A stretch of 64,000 nt of DNA from an uncultured Alphaproteobacteria bacterium (GCA_963804045.1 CAWDOR010000029.1:15380-79379), one strand, 5' to 3'; positions 1 through 9,448 are shown, counted from the first letter of the stretch. Program-made: numbers and translations. The notes: a model not told the origin generated them from the sequence alone.

Positions 1-752
1 AAAAACAGCGACGAAGTGATGAGCACCAGCGCCAGCTGCACATAGCCGACGACCAGATAGGGCATGATCTTGGCCAGCATCACTTCGAGCGGCCGCACCG
101 GCATCGCCAGCAGGTTTTCCATCGTTCCGCGCTCGCGTTCCTTGGTTATGGACAGCGTCGTCGCAAACAGCGTCGAAAAAATCAGGATCATGCAAACCAG
201 GCCCGGCACGATGTTGAGCACGGTCAGCCGCTCGGGATTGTAGCGGGCGTGAATGACGAATTGGAAGGGCGCAGTCTGCGGCGGGTTCTGCCTGATGGAG
301 GGCAGGTCGCGTTGCAGATCGGCGACCAGCGAGGTCAGCGCCGCCGTCGCATTGCCGATCGCCGAGGGGTCGGTCGCGTCGGCGTCGATGAGAACGGATG
401 GAGATTCGCCGCGATCGACCGCCCGGTCGAATTCGGGCGGAATTTCGACGACGAACAGAAGTTCGCCGTCCGCCAACGCCTCATTGGCCTCGGCTTCGGT
501 GGCAAGCGGAACGATATTGAAATAGCCGGAATTCTTCATCGCGGCGATGATCGTGCGCTCATATCTGGAATGAGCGGTCGAGAGCAGGCCGGTTGGCAAA
601 TTTTTTGGATCGGTGTTGATGGCGTAGCCGAACAAGAACAGTTGCATGATCGGGATGGCGATGAGGATGCGCAAGGTCATGGCGTCGCGGCGGACCTGGG
701 TCCATTCCTTGCGCATCAGCGCGAACAGGCGCGGGAACGAAAAGCTCATCAT
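1..752 (-). CDS. ABC-2 type transporter permease (5' part; 3' end lies beyond window start)
   Basis: The minus-strand frame is open from ATG at 752 to position 1. My translation gives MMSFSFPRLFALMRKEWTQVRRDAMTLRILIAIPIMQLFLFGYAINTDPK ... KERERGTMENLLAMPVRPLEVMLAKIMPYLVVGYVQL, typical of ABC-2 permeases. ATGA overlap with the upstream ATPase stop. Absent from the ORF track because there is no stop in the window. Confidence 0.8.
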   Translation of the reverse strand, partial: MMSFSFPRLFALMRKEWTQVRRDAMTLRILIAIPIMQLFLFGYAINTDPKNLPTGLLSTAHSRYERTIIAAMKNSGYFNIVPLATEAEANEALADGELLFVVEIPPEFDRAVDRGESPSVLIDADATDPSAIGNATAALTSLVADLQRDLPSIRQNPPQTAPFQFVIHARYNPERLTVLNIVPGLVCMILIFSTLFATTLSITKERERGTMENLLAMPVRPLEVMLAKIMPYLVVGYVQLALVLITSSLF

Positions 753-1678
753 CGCGGAGCGGCCTTGACTCTGAGCATGTGAATGAACGCATCCTCCAGC
801 CGGGGTTCGACCTCGACCCAATTGAGGCCGTCGCCGACGGAATGGATGGCGCTGGTCAAATCCGTGCGGTCGGTTCCCGCCACATGCAGCGCGCGCCCGA
901 ACACCGCCGCTGCTTCGACCCCGTTGGCATGCCGCAAAGCGCGGGCGGCGGCGTCAATGCCTGCGCCGGTCGCGTCGAATGTGACGAGCCCGGCTTGGCG
1001 CGTGACTTCGTCGGCGCTGCCTTGCACCACGATATGTCCGTCGGCGAGATAGACGATGCGTTTGCAGCGCTCCGCTTCGTCCATGTAATGCGTCGAGACC
1101 AGGACGGTCAGCCCTTCGCTCGCCATGTCATTGATCAAGTCCCAGAATTCGCGGCGCGCCAAAGCGTCGACACCCGACGTCGGTTCATCGAGCAGCAGAA
1201 GTTCCGGCCGGTGCATCACACAGGCGGCGAGCGCCAGCCTTTGCTTCCAGCCGCCGGAAAGCTCGGCCGCCAATTGATCGCGCCGGTCCACCAAGCCCAT
1301 CCGGACCATGATGTCTTCTATCGCCTGGGTTCGCGTGCTCATTTCATAGACGCGGGCGACGAAATCGAGATTCTCGAACACCGTGAGGTCGTCGTACAGG
1401 CTGAATTTCTGCGTCATGTAGCCGACATTGCGGCGGATCAGCGCGGCCTGGCCGATGATGTCCAGGCCGATGCATTGGCCGGAGCCGGAGTCGGGGACGA
1501 GAAGGCCGCAGAGCATGCGGATGGTGGTCGTCTTGCCGCTGCCGTTGGCGCCGAGAAAGCCGCAAATTTCGCCTCTGGCGACCTGCAGGGTCAACCCTTC
1601 GACAACCTTTCGGGCGCCGAAGCTCTTGTGCAGGTCGCGAACGTCGATGACGTGATCGCTCGTTTCTGCTGCGCTCAC
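749..1678 (-). CDS. ABC transporter ATP-binding protein
   Basis: 309-aa ORF with Walker A GANGSGKTT, ABC signature LSGGWKQRL and Walker B LLLLDEPTSGVD. GTGA overlap with the HlyD stop. Confidence 0.9.
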   Translation of the reverse strand: MSAAETSDHVIDVRDLHKSFGARKVVEGLTLQVARGEICGFLGANGSGKTTTIRMLCGLLVPDSGSGQCIGLDIIGQAALIRRNVGYMTQKFSLYDDLTVFENLDFVARVYEMSTRTQAIEDIMVRMGLVDRRDQLAAELSGGWKQRLALAACVMHRPELLLLDEPTSGVDALARREFWDLINDMASEGLTVLVSTHYMDEAERCKRIVYLADGHIVVQGSADEVTRQAGLVTFDATGAGIDAAARALRHANGVEAAAVFGRALHVAGTDRTDLTSAIHSVGDGLNWVEVEPRLEDAFIHMLRVKAAPR

Positions 1679-2689
1679 TTCTCCTGCCCTTGGACCTTGG
1701 GGCGTATCGATACCGGCTGGCCCGGATTGAGCAGTGGCGCGTCCCCCGGCCTCGAGCGCGCTTCCGCCAGAAATACGAACTTTGCACGTGTCAACTCGCT
1801 GTAGATGACGGGTGGCGTGTATTCGGCCTTGGGTGCGATGAATGAGATCGTCGCCGACATTTTTGGCGTGCAGGTATCGCAGAGAAGCCAGACTTCGTCG
1901 CCCTGATGAACCCGGGGCAAGTCCGCCTCGGGAATGAAGAAGCGCACGAAGATATTTTCGGGCGGCAGGATCGAAGCGACGGGCGCGTCGGCGGCGAGCA
2001 ATTCGCCGGCGCGGGCCAGCACGTCGGCGACAACGCCTGAGACAGGCGACGCGACATGGCGCTGGTCGAGCCGCCAGCGCGCCATCGCCACGGCGGCTTT
2101 GGCGGCGCCGACCGTCGCGGTCTGCGCCTTGATGTCTCCGTCGCGCCCGTAATGCGCGCGCGCCTGGGCGAGCATGGCTTCCGGCGCAAGAACCTTGGAA
2201 ATGGCGGAGCGGAGGTCAGCCTTTTCCTGGTCGACGATCTGCACGGTGGCCGCGCCGGTCTTGAGCAGAGCGACGTTGCGCGCAAGATCGTCCTGGATCT
2301 TGTCGCGCGCGGCCTGGGCGTCGGTCAGATTGGCTTCCGCTTGAAGAATTTCGGTGGGCTTGGACGGACTTTGCAAATTGACCAGCTGGTCCTCAGCTTG
2401 CGCCAGTTGCCGCGCCGCCTGATCGCTGGCGGCCAGATCGTCGGCGTCGTCCTGGTCGAACAAGGGGCGCCTTGACGATTCGATCACCGCGCATGACGTG
2501 AACCGCGGTCAGCAAGCCCTGTTGCGTCGGCCCGGCTTTGACGAAATCCGCTTCGGCATAGCCCTGCCATTCGATAACCGCGGGTTTTCGCGGGCGCAGG
2601 GATAACCACGCGCCGACGACCAGGCATGAGATCGCGACGATTGCAATGACGACGCGCGGCTTTGTGACTTCGGTCGATTCTATCAGCAT
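1675..2689 (-). pseudogene. HlyD-family membrane fusion protein, apparent +1 frameshift (or assembly error)
   Basis: The N-terminal TM anchor plus ...VMRGDRIVKAP is ORF 2393..2689. The rest (PLFDQDDADD..., coiled coil, beta-barrel) is ORF 1675..2487 in the next frame. The frames join cleanly if one C of a CCCC run (plus-strand GGGG, 2464-2467) is removed. Confidence 0.8.
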
Positions 2690-2719
2690 GAGAAAATCGT
2701 GCGCCGGCGCGGGCGCAGC

Positions 2720-2741
2720 CGAAAGGTTCGGAAACTACTCA
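2720..2741 (-). promoter_or_regulatory. Conserved 22-nt motif copy 1 (upstream of HlyD-ABC operon)
   Basis: Minus strand reads TGAGTAGTTTCCGAACCTTTCG. It lies 30 nt upstream of the HlyD ATG (2689). Confidence 0.65.
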
Positions 2742-2874
2742 AACGCGTATCGTGGCGGATCGAGTTAGGTCGTGTCTTGCATGGGCGGGATAATCAGGAC
2801 GTTCTCTATGCAGGTCGCCCGGACCATGACCGTTCCGACGCCAGAGATATCGAATTCCGAGGGGAGAGCCTCTC

Positions 2875-3450
2875 TCAGGCCGATGCGTAGTTTGAAGCCG
2901 TTTCCATCATCGCCGTCCATTCGACCGCCTGACAGAAATCGGCTCCGGATTGGACGACCAGCAACTGGGCGAGCCGGCGCCGTCCGCGATTGACGCGGCT
3001 TTTGACCGTGCCGACCGCGCAACAGCAGATCGTCGCCGCCTCTTCGTAGGAGTTGCCTGCCGCGCAGATCAGGATCAGCGCCTCGCGTTGATCGGCCGGC
3101 AAGCGCGCCAGGGCGGCCCGGAAGTCGAGCATGTCCATGTGAATGGCCTGCCCCGGCGCCACGGCGAGCCTGCCGGCGTAAAGGCCTTCGGTATCCGAAA
3201 CTTCGTGTCGTCGTTGGCGATATTGCGAAAAGTAGACATTTCGCAGGATCGTGAAGAGCCAGGCGACAAGGTTGGTCCCCTCGATGAACGAGCCGATATG
3301 TCCCCAGGCCCTGACGAGAGTCTCCTGGACAAGGTCGTCCGCCCGGTCGGCGTTCCCGCAGAGGGAGACGGCGAAGGCGCGCAATTGGGGAATTCGCGCA
3401 ATGAGGTCGGCTCTCAATTGCTTGCTCGCAGGTGCGCTGAAAGTGGGCAT
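2875..3450 (-). CDS. ECF-type RNA polymerase sigma factor (EcfG-like by recollection)
   Basis: 191-aa ORF with region 2 DDLVQETLVRAW...AWLFTILRN and region 4 SYEEAATICCCAVGTVKSRVNRGRRRL. SD-like GGAGCAGGAG upstream of the ATG. No anti-sigma-like ORF adjacent. Confidence 0.9.
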   Translation of the reverse strand: MPTFSAPASKQLRADLIARIPQLRAFAVSLCGNADRADDLVQETLVRAWGHIGSFIEGTNLVAWLFTILRNVYFSQYRQRRHEVSDTEGLYAGRLAVAPGQAIHMDMLDFRAALARLPADQREALILICAAGNSYEEAATICCCAVGTVKSRVNRGRRRLAQLLVVQSGADFCQAVEWTAMMETASNYASA

Positions 3451-3492
3451 GTCTGAACTCCTGCTCCAAGCTTAGGCATCAGCGGATCGTGG

Positions 3493-3514
3493 GAGCAGAC
3501 TCGGAAACTACTCA
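3493..3514 (-). promoter_or_regulatory. Conserved 22-nt motif copy 2 (upstream of ECF sigma gene)
   Basis: Minus strand reads TGAGTAGTTTCCGAGTCTGCTC. Its TGA is the stop codon of the RND gene. It lies 42 nt upstream of the sigma ATG (3450). Confidence 0.65.
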
Positions 3515-6500
3515 GGCCTGTTCGGCCGGCTGTGGCTGAGGCGGCGCCGCGAGCCCTGGCCGGCGGCGACGCAGCCGATCAAGATAGATGTAAACCACCG
3601 GGGTGGTGAACAGGGTCAGGACCTGGGACACGACCAGGCCGGCGACGATGGCATAGCCGAGCGGCTGGCGAAACTCCGCGCCGGTGCCATTCATCAGGAT
3701 CATCGGAACGCCGCCGAGGGCCGCGCAGGCGGTGGTCATCAGGATGGGCCGAAGACGCTGGCGCGACGCCTGGCGCACGGCCTCCTCGCCGGTGAGACTC
3801 TGGTCGTGTTCGAGACGCAGCGCGACATCGACGATCATAATGCCGTTTTTCTTGACGATGCCGATCAGCAGAATGATGGCGATGATGCCGATCACATTGA
3901 GATTCTGGCCCACGGCGATCAGCGCCAGCAGCGCGCCGAGGCCCGCGGAGGGCAAGGTGGAGAGAATCGTCAGGGGGTGAATGAAACTCTCGTAGAGCAC
4001 GCCGAGGATGACATAGACCGCCAGCAGGGCCGCGCCGATCAGGATGGGTTCGCCCGCCAGCGATTGCTGGAAGGCTTGGGCCGTCCCCTGAAAGGAGCCG
4101 CTGAGGGTCACGGGCGCGCCCAGTTTTTCGCGCGCGGATTGCACCGCCTGCGTCGCCTGGCTCAGCGCCACGCCCGGCGCGAGATTGAAGGATAGCGTCG
4201 CCGCCGGGTATTCGTCTTGATGGTTGACCGTCAGGCTGCTGGTCGCGGTGGGGTCGACCTTTACGAACAGCGACAGCGGAACGTTTTTCCCGGTGCTCGG
4301 CGAGAGCAGATAGATCGAATCGAAAAGGCTAGGCGTGGCCTGCAATCCTGGCGGCGCCTCCAGGATCACGTGATAGCTGTTTTGCTGCGTGTAATATTGG
4401 GCAATCTCATCCTGGCCAATCATTTCATAGATCGCGTGGTCGATGTCTGTTGGAGATATCCCGAAGCGCGCGGCGGCGTCGCGGTCGATTGTCAAGTTGA
4501 CTGCGAGCCCTTGCGATTGCTGGTCGGAGCTGACGTCGGTCAGTTCCGGCGCGGTCTTCAGGGCCGCAAGCAGCCTCGGCGCCCAGGCGTTCAATTCCGT
4601 CAAGCCGGGATCCGACAGTGTGTATTGGTATTGCGCCTGTCCGGCGCGGCCGCCAACATTGATGTCCTGCGCCGCCTGAAGAAAGGTTTGCACGCCAACG
4701 AGCCCGGCCAGCCTCGGACGAAGTCTCGCGATCACCTGGTCGGCCGTGACGCTGCGTCCGTTTTCCTTGGGTTTGAGGGATATGCTGAGATGGGCCTGGT
4801 TGACGCTTGACGAGCCGATGAACATGGCGACGCTGGCGACCGCCGGATCCGCGCCCACGACCTTGGCGACATCCTGCAGCTTCTGTTTTGTCTTGACGAA
4901 TGAGGCGTCCTGAGACGTGATCATCACGCCCATGAGGAAGCCTGTGTCCTGCTGGGGGAAGAAGCCGGTCGAGACGCTGGCGTAAAGCCAGACGGTCGCC
5001 ATCATTGTCGCCAGGAAGACCGCCAGGGTTGCCGGCTTGCGGCGCAGGACCATGTCCAGGGCGCGCGCGTAATTGTCTTCGAGATTGCGAAAGCCTTTTT
5101 CCAGCATTCGGGTGACAGGATTTGACGGAGGCTGGGGGGCGCGCAAGAAACGGCTGCACAGCATCGGCGTCAGGGTCAGCGACAGGACGAGCGACAGAAT
5201 CACCGCCGCGCTGAGAGTAACGGCGAACTCGCGCATCAGCAGGCCAACGACGCCGCCCATGAACATCAGCGGCGTGAACACAGCGATCAGCGAGATGGTG
5301 ATTGTCAGAATGGTGAAGCTGATCTCGCTGGAGCCGGCAAGGGCCGCCTCCAGCGGGGCCTCGCCGGCCTCGATGCGCCGCCAGATCACTTCCACCATGA
5401 CGATGGCGTCATCGACGACAAAACCCACGGCGATGGTCAGGGCCATCAGCGAGAGATTGTCGAGGCTGTAGGCGAACGGCAGCATTGCCGCCATGGTCGC
5501 CAGCAGGGCCAGAGGAATCACAGCGCTGGGAATGAGGGTCGCGCGCACGTTGCGCAAAAAGAGGAAAATGACCGCCACGACCAGCCCGATTGTGATGAGC
5601 AGGGTCGTCTTGACGTCCTTGACCGAAGCGCGAACGGTCTGTGTCCGGTCCGCCAGCACGTGAATGGCGATGGATGGCGGAATATTCGCCCGCAGGCCCG
5701 GCAAGGCCTTGGTGATCGCGTCTACGGTCTGAATGACATTGGCGCCAGGCGTCTTGTAGATGATCAACAGGATGCTCTGGCCGCCTTTCAGCGATGGATC
5801 GTCATCGGCCATGCCCGGAAAAGCCCACGCGCCGATCTGGCTGTTCTCCACGCCCTGCACGGCGCCGCCGAGATCCCTTACCCGAATCGCGGCGCCATCG
5901 TGATAGCCGACGACAAGCTCATTCCAATGCGCGGCGTCCAGAATCTGGTCGTTGGCGAAGACGGTGAGATTTTGCCGCGGCCCATTGATCGCGCCCTTTG
6001 GCGCGTTGAGCGTGCTGGCGACAATTTTCGCGCGGACATCGTCGAATTGCAGGCCGAGAGCCGCGGCCCTGCGCAGATCAAGCCGGATGCGAATGGCGGG
6101 CTTTTGCTCTCCGGCGATGGTGACGAGGCCCACCCCGGCGATTCGCGAGATTTTTTGCGACAGGATGACGTCGGCGTAATTGTCGACCTGGGCGAGCGTC
6201 AGCGCGTCGGAACTGAGCGAAAGGATCATGATCGGCGAATCCGACGGATTGACCTGGCGCAGCGTCGGAGCGCTCGGCAGGTTGGTCGGCAACTGGGCGC
6301 TCGCCGCCGTAATCGCCGCCTGTATCTGTTCGAAATCCGTGTCGATATTTTGCGTCAGCTCGAACTGCAGGGTGATGCTGGTCGAACCCAGCGAACTGAC
6401 CGAGGTCATCTGGCTGATCCCGGGAATGAGCGAGAACTGGCGCTCAAGCGGGGTGGCGACGTTGGAGGCCATGGTTTCCGGACTGGCCCCGGGGAGAGCG

Positions 6501-6586
6501 ACGCTGACCTGGACGGTCGGGAAGTCCACGTTGGGCAAAGCCGCCACGGGCAGCTTGATATAGCCGACACCCCCCACCAGCAGCAT
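3512..6586 (-). CDS. RND efflux pump inner-membrane subunit (AcrB/MdtB/MdtC-like); 5' end disrupted
   Basis: 1024-aa ORF with typical RND sequence (LPVAALPNVDFPTVQVSV, FVVDDAIVMVE) and a 12-TM layout. The conserved N-terminus SPFIHRPVATTLIAAA is encoded in-frame upstream (6587-6640) but has no start codon. The ATG at 6647 is in another frame. Confidence 0.9.
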   Translation of the reverse strand: MLLVGGVGYIKLPVAALPNVDFPTVQVSVALPGASPETMASNVATPLERQFSLIPGISQMTSVSSLGSTSITLQFELTQNIDTDFEQIQAAITAASAQLPTNLPSAPTLRQVNPSDSPIMILSLSSDALTLAQVDNYADVILSQKISRIAGVGLVTIAGEQKPAIRIRLDLRRAAALGLQFDDVRAKIVASTLNAPKGAINGPRQNLTVFANDQILDAAHWNELVVGYHDGAAIRVRDLGGAVQGVENSQIGAWAFPGMADDDPSLKGGQSILLIIYKTPGANVIQTVDAITKALPGLRANIPPSIAIHVLADRTQTVRASVKDVKTTLLITIGLVVAVIFLFLRNVRATLIPSAVIPLALLATMAAMLPFAYSLDNLSLMALTIAVGFVVDDAIVMVEVIWRRIEAGEAPLEAALAGSSEISFTILTITISLIAVFTPLMFMGGVVGLLMREFAVTLSAAVILSLVLSLTLTPMLCSRFLRAPQPPSNPVTRMLEKGFRNLEDNYARALDMVLRRKPATLAVFLATMMATVWLYASVSTGFFPQQDTGFLMGVMITSQDASFVKTKQKLQDVAKVVGADPAVASVAMFIGSSSVNQAHLSISLKPKENGRSVTADQVIARLRPRLAGLVGVQTFLQAAQDINVGGRAGQAQYQYTLSDPGLTELNAWAPRLLAALKTAPELTDVSSDQQSQGLAVNLTIDRDAAARFGISPTDIDHAIYEMIGQDEIAQYYTQQNSYHVILEAPPGLQATPSLFDSIYLLSPSTGKNVPLSLFVKVDPTATSSLTVNHQDEYPAATLSFNLAPGVALSQATQAVQSAREKLGAPVTLSGSFQGTAQAFQQSLAGEPILIGAALLAVYVILGVLYESFIHPLTILSTLPSAGLGALLALIAVGQNLNVIGIIAIILLIGIVKKNGIMIVDVALRLEHDQSLTGEEAVRQASRQRLRPILMTTACAALGGVPMILMNGTGAEFRQPLGYAIVAGLVVSQVLTLFTTPVVYIYLDRLRRRRPGLAAPPQPQPAEQA

Positions 6587-6643
6587 TGCGGCTGCGATCA
6601 GCGTGGTCGCAACCGGGCGATGGATGAAGGGACTGGCGAGAAC

Positions 6644-7660
6644 TCATGGGGCCGGCGCTGCTTTCGCAGCCGGCGCGATGATTTTGACGACCGACCCGGC
6701 GTTCAATGTCATCTGTCCGTCGGTGACCACGGTTTCTCCCGGCGTCAGGCCGGCAGAGACGACAGACGTCGCGCCCTCGGTCAAGCTGACCGTGATCGGC
6801 CGTAGCGAAACGATCTGGTCGGCTCCGACCACATAGGCGAAAGTTCCGTTTGGCCCGACATTCACCGCCGCCGCGGGAATGGTGGTGACATGCGCAAGGG
6901 TTTTCAGCGTCAATCGCACGTTGACGAGCTGGCCCGGCAACAGAAGGTCGCCCTTGTTGTCAAACCGAGCCTTCATTTTGACGGTTCCGGTCGCCGGATC
7001 GACCCGGTTGTCGGCGATCCGCAATTCGCCCGTGCCGAGCGAGGCCCCCGTGTCCTGGCTCAGCGCTTGCGTGGCAAGGGGCTTGCGAAAACTGTCGGAC
7101 GCGTCCGACAACCGTTGATAGTCAGCCTGCGGAACGGCGAAAATCAAGGCGATCGGCTCGATCTGATTGACGATGACGATGCCGGTCGGGCCGGTCGTGG
7201 CGTCGCCGGTGGTGCTGCTGGCCCCGCCCATGGTGACGTAATTGCCGACATCGGCCATGCGCACGCCGACGCGTCCGTCGATCGGGGAGGTGATGCGGCA
7301 CCAGTTGAGATTGACCTGCGCGGTGGCGACAACGCCTGTGTCGAGAAGGACGAGTCCCTCGTCCTGTTTGACCAGCGAGGCCTGGTCGTCAAAAGTCTGC
7401 CTGGCGACCGAGTTTTCTTTCAGCAGCTTGGCGAAGCGCTCCAGATCGACGCGCGCGCCGGCGAGCAAGGCCTGATCGCGCGCGAGCGTCCCCTGCGCCT
7501 TTGTGAGCGCCGCCTGATAAGGCGCAGGATCGACCTGCGCAAGCAGCTGGCCAGCCTTCACGGAGCTTCCCTCGACGAAGTCGATGCTGAGAAGGTTGCC
7601 GCTGACCTGGGCCAGGATCGTGTCGCTCGTCCATGCCTGCGCCGCGCCCAGTTCGGTCAT
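6644..7660 (-). CDS. RND efflux membrane fusion protein (MdtA-like); 5' end disrupted
   Basis: 338-aa ORF with an MFP lipoyl/hairpin region (AQVSGNLLSIDFVEGSSVKAGQLLAQVDPAPYQAAL). The TM anchor WTIGVVFAGIVAWGVF is in-frame upstream with no start. The plausible ATG at 7934 is in another frame. ATGA overlap with the RND ATG at 6647. Confidence 0.85.
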   Translation of the reverse strand: MTELGAAQAWTSDTILAQVSGNLLSIDFVEGSSVKAGQLLAQVDPAPYQAALTKAQGTLARDQALLAGARVDLERFAKLLKENSVARQTFDDQASLVKQDEGLVLLDTGVVATAQVNLNWCRITSPIDGRVGVRMADVGNYVTMGGASSTTGDATTGPTGIVIVNQIEPIALIFAVPQADYQRLSDASDSFRKPLATQALSQDTGASLGTGELRIADNRVDPATGTVKMKARFDNKGDLLLPGQLVNVRLTLKTLAHVTTIPAAAVNVGPNGTFAYVVGADQIVSLRPITVSLTEGATSVVSAGLTPGETVVTDGQMTLNAGSVVKIIAPAAKAAPAP

Positions 7661-7989
7661 GGAGACCGGAACGTCCTGCGTCAGCGAAATGGCCGTCGAA
7701 ACGGCGACGGGTTGAGGCCCGGCGGGTTTGACCGGTTTGCGATGGAAGACGCCCCACGCGACGATGCCGGCGAAAACAACGCCAATGGTCCAAAAAAGCC
7801 AGTGGCGCCGCGCGTGTCGCGGCCCGCCCGAAAACGTGTCCTCGGGGAGACTCCTTTTCGCGCTCGCGACCCTGCAAAGCCTCGATGAACGATGGCTTGA
7901 GTTCAGCTTGCGCGCCTGACTCTGGAAGCTTCATCCCCAACCATCCAATTCGAGTGACGTCGCTGCTGGGTAGAGTTCATACAGGCCGA

Positions 7990-8448
7990 CTATTTGCGGA
8001 ATTCTCGCGACGCGATAAAGCCGCCGACGAGCGCTAACACGACAAGGTCCATAGGCGTCGTTCTCCGGCCGATCTGGATCGCCGCCAAAAGACTTTTCTG
8101 GTCGCCGATGGCCCCCGTCGCCAGGAACGCCTCGAACAGCGAAGCCAGACTTTCTGGCGCAGCGCTGGGCGGCGTCATGCGGGCAGGTCGCAGTCGGGCT
8201 TTCCGTCGCCGCCATGCCGAGGCGCCCAGAATGGCGACAAAAATCGCTGCGGATGCCGCGCAAAGAAAAAACGCCGCGTCGGCCGCGCCAAATGAGGCGC
8301 TGAGGCGAAGATAGGCTGTGAATGCGCCAAATCCCAGACTGGCCAACCCGAACAGTGCTGCGAGCGCGTCCGTCGCGCAACGACGCTTGAATTCGCGCCG
8401 CCGCATCTCGATGCCCGACCCCAGCAACGCGAGTATCTTGTCGATCAT
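7990..8448 (-). CDS. YqjE-like / phage-holin-family membrane protein
   Basis: 152-aa ORF with hydrophobic helices. It sits directly downstream of a DUF883 gene, as in yqjD-yqjE pairs. Confidence 0.6.
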   Translation of the reverse strand: MIDKILALLGSGIEMRRREFKRRCATDALAALFGLASLGFGAFTAYLRLSASFGAADAAFFLCAASAAIFVAILGASAWRRRKARLRPARMTPPSAAPESLASLFEAFLATGAIGDQKSLLAAIQIGRRTTPMDLVVLALVGGFIASREFRK

Positions 8449-8454
8449 GACCGC

Positions 8455-8769
8455 TCAGATCCTCGGCCGGTTGATCATGCCGAAACAAAGTCCTATCCCG
8501 AATGCGATGGCCATCGCCATCAGTGGATTGCGTTCGATGCTTGTTTCGAGGTTGTCGCCAGCGGCGCGAAACTGGACTTGCGCTTTCGCCGCGGAACTGG
8601 CGATTTTGTCCTGGGCGTCGCCGACAGCGTCGTTGAAGTGGTGGCCGGCGGCCTGCTTCCCATGCTGCGCCAGTTCCCCGATCGTTTCCGCCAGACGCGC
8701 CACGTCGGCGCGGAGCGCGGCCAGATCCACGATCACGTCTCCGGCGTCGCTCTCGGAATTCCTGGTCAT
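8455..8769 (-). CDS. DUF883 (ElaB/YqjD-like) stress protein with C-terminal membrane anchor
   Basis: Internal ATG at 8769 preceded by GGAGA. The protein is MTRNSESDAGDV...IERNPLMAMAIAFGIGLCFGMI. The longer track ORF starts inside the motif and is an artefact. Confidence 0.75.
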   Translation of the reverse strand: MTRNSESDAGDVIVDLAALRADVARLAETIGELAQHGKQAAGHHFNDAVGDAQDKIASSAAKAQVQFRAAGDNLETSIERNPLMAMAIAFGIGLCFGMINRPRI

Positions 8770-8843
8770 GTTCGTCTCCGCTGCTCGCAAGCCATAAAAA
8801 AAGTCGTCATCGACAACCGCACAGTGACGCGATTGGCCCGAGA

Positions 8844-8865
8844 AAACAGGTTCGGAAAACACTCA
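8844..8865 (-). promoter_or_regulatory. Conserved 22-nt motif copy 3 (upstream of DUF883)
   Basis: Minus strand reads TGAGTGTTTTCCGAACCTGTTT. It lies 74 nt upstream of the ATG at 8769. Confidence 0.65.
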
Positions 8866-8926
8866 CGCCGGCCAGGCGCGGCGACGAAGAAATCGGTTGG
8901 CTCGGCGTCGTCAGCGCGTCGAACCG

Positions 8927-9262
8927 TCAACGCTTTTCAAGGGCGTCATGCAGCTTTTCGACTTCGTCCTCGACTTTCGAAATTCTTGAATCGGATTCGT
9001 CGGCGGCGGTTTTCAGGTCGGAGACCCGGCTCTCCAGCCGCGCGTTCCTGAGGTCGGAAACAGCCAATAAATCAAGCCTGTTAGCGAGTGCGCCGCTCAG
9101 GTCTCCAACCTCCTCCTCGATTTCAGAGACCCGAATATCGGCGGCCTCAGCCGCGGCTTTCAAAGCCTCGACGCCGGCTTCCAATTTCGAATTCAAAATT
9201 TCGGCGTCGGCCAAAAGACTGAGGATATATTGATCAAATAATTTTCGGCCACGTTCACTCAT
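8927..9262 (-). CDS. Coiled-coil hypothetical protein
   Basis: ATG at 9262 with GAAGGA upstream. The 111-aa sequence is heptad-rich (MSERGRKLFDQYILSLL...VEDEVEKLHDALEKR). The Arg/Ala-rich N-terminal extension to 9412 looks non-coding. Confidence 0.5.
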   Translation of the reverse strand: MSERGRKLFDQYILSLLADAEILNSKLEAGVEALKAAAEAADIRVSEIEEEVGDLSGALANRLDLLAVSDLRNARLESRVSDLKTAADESDSRISKVEDEVEKLHDALEKR

Positions 9263-9448
9263 CTCAAAAAATCCTTCAAATTTTATCGCAGCGGCGCCCG
9301 ATCCAAAACGCGGATTGCGCGGCCCGGGCGCTATCTCCGCAACGCGGGCCGCAGCCCGCGCTCTCCGTAAAGCGACGGAAATGCGACAAGTTGCGCTCGG
9401 TGCGAAATTCATTTCGGGGAGCCATTGAGCCGCGAAAATCGCGCGGGA

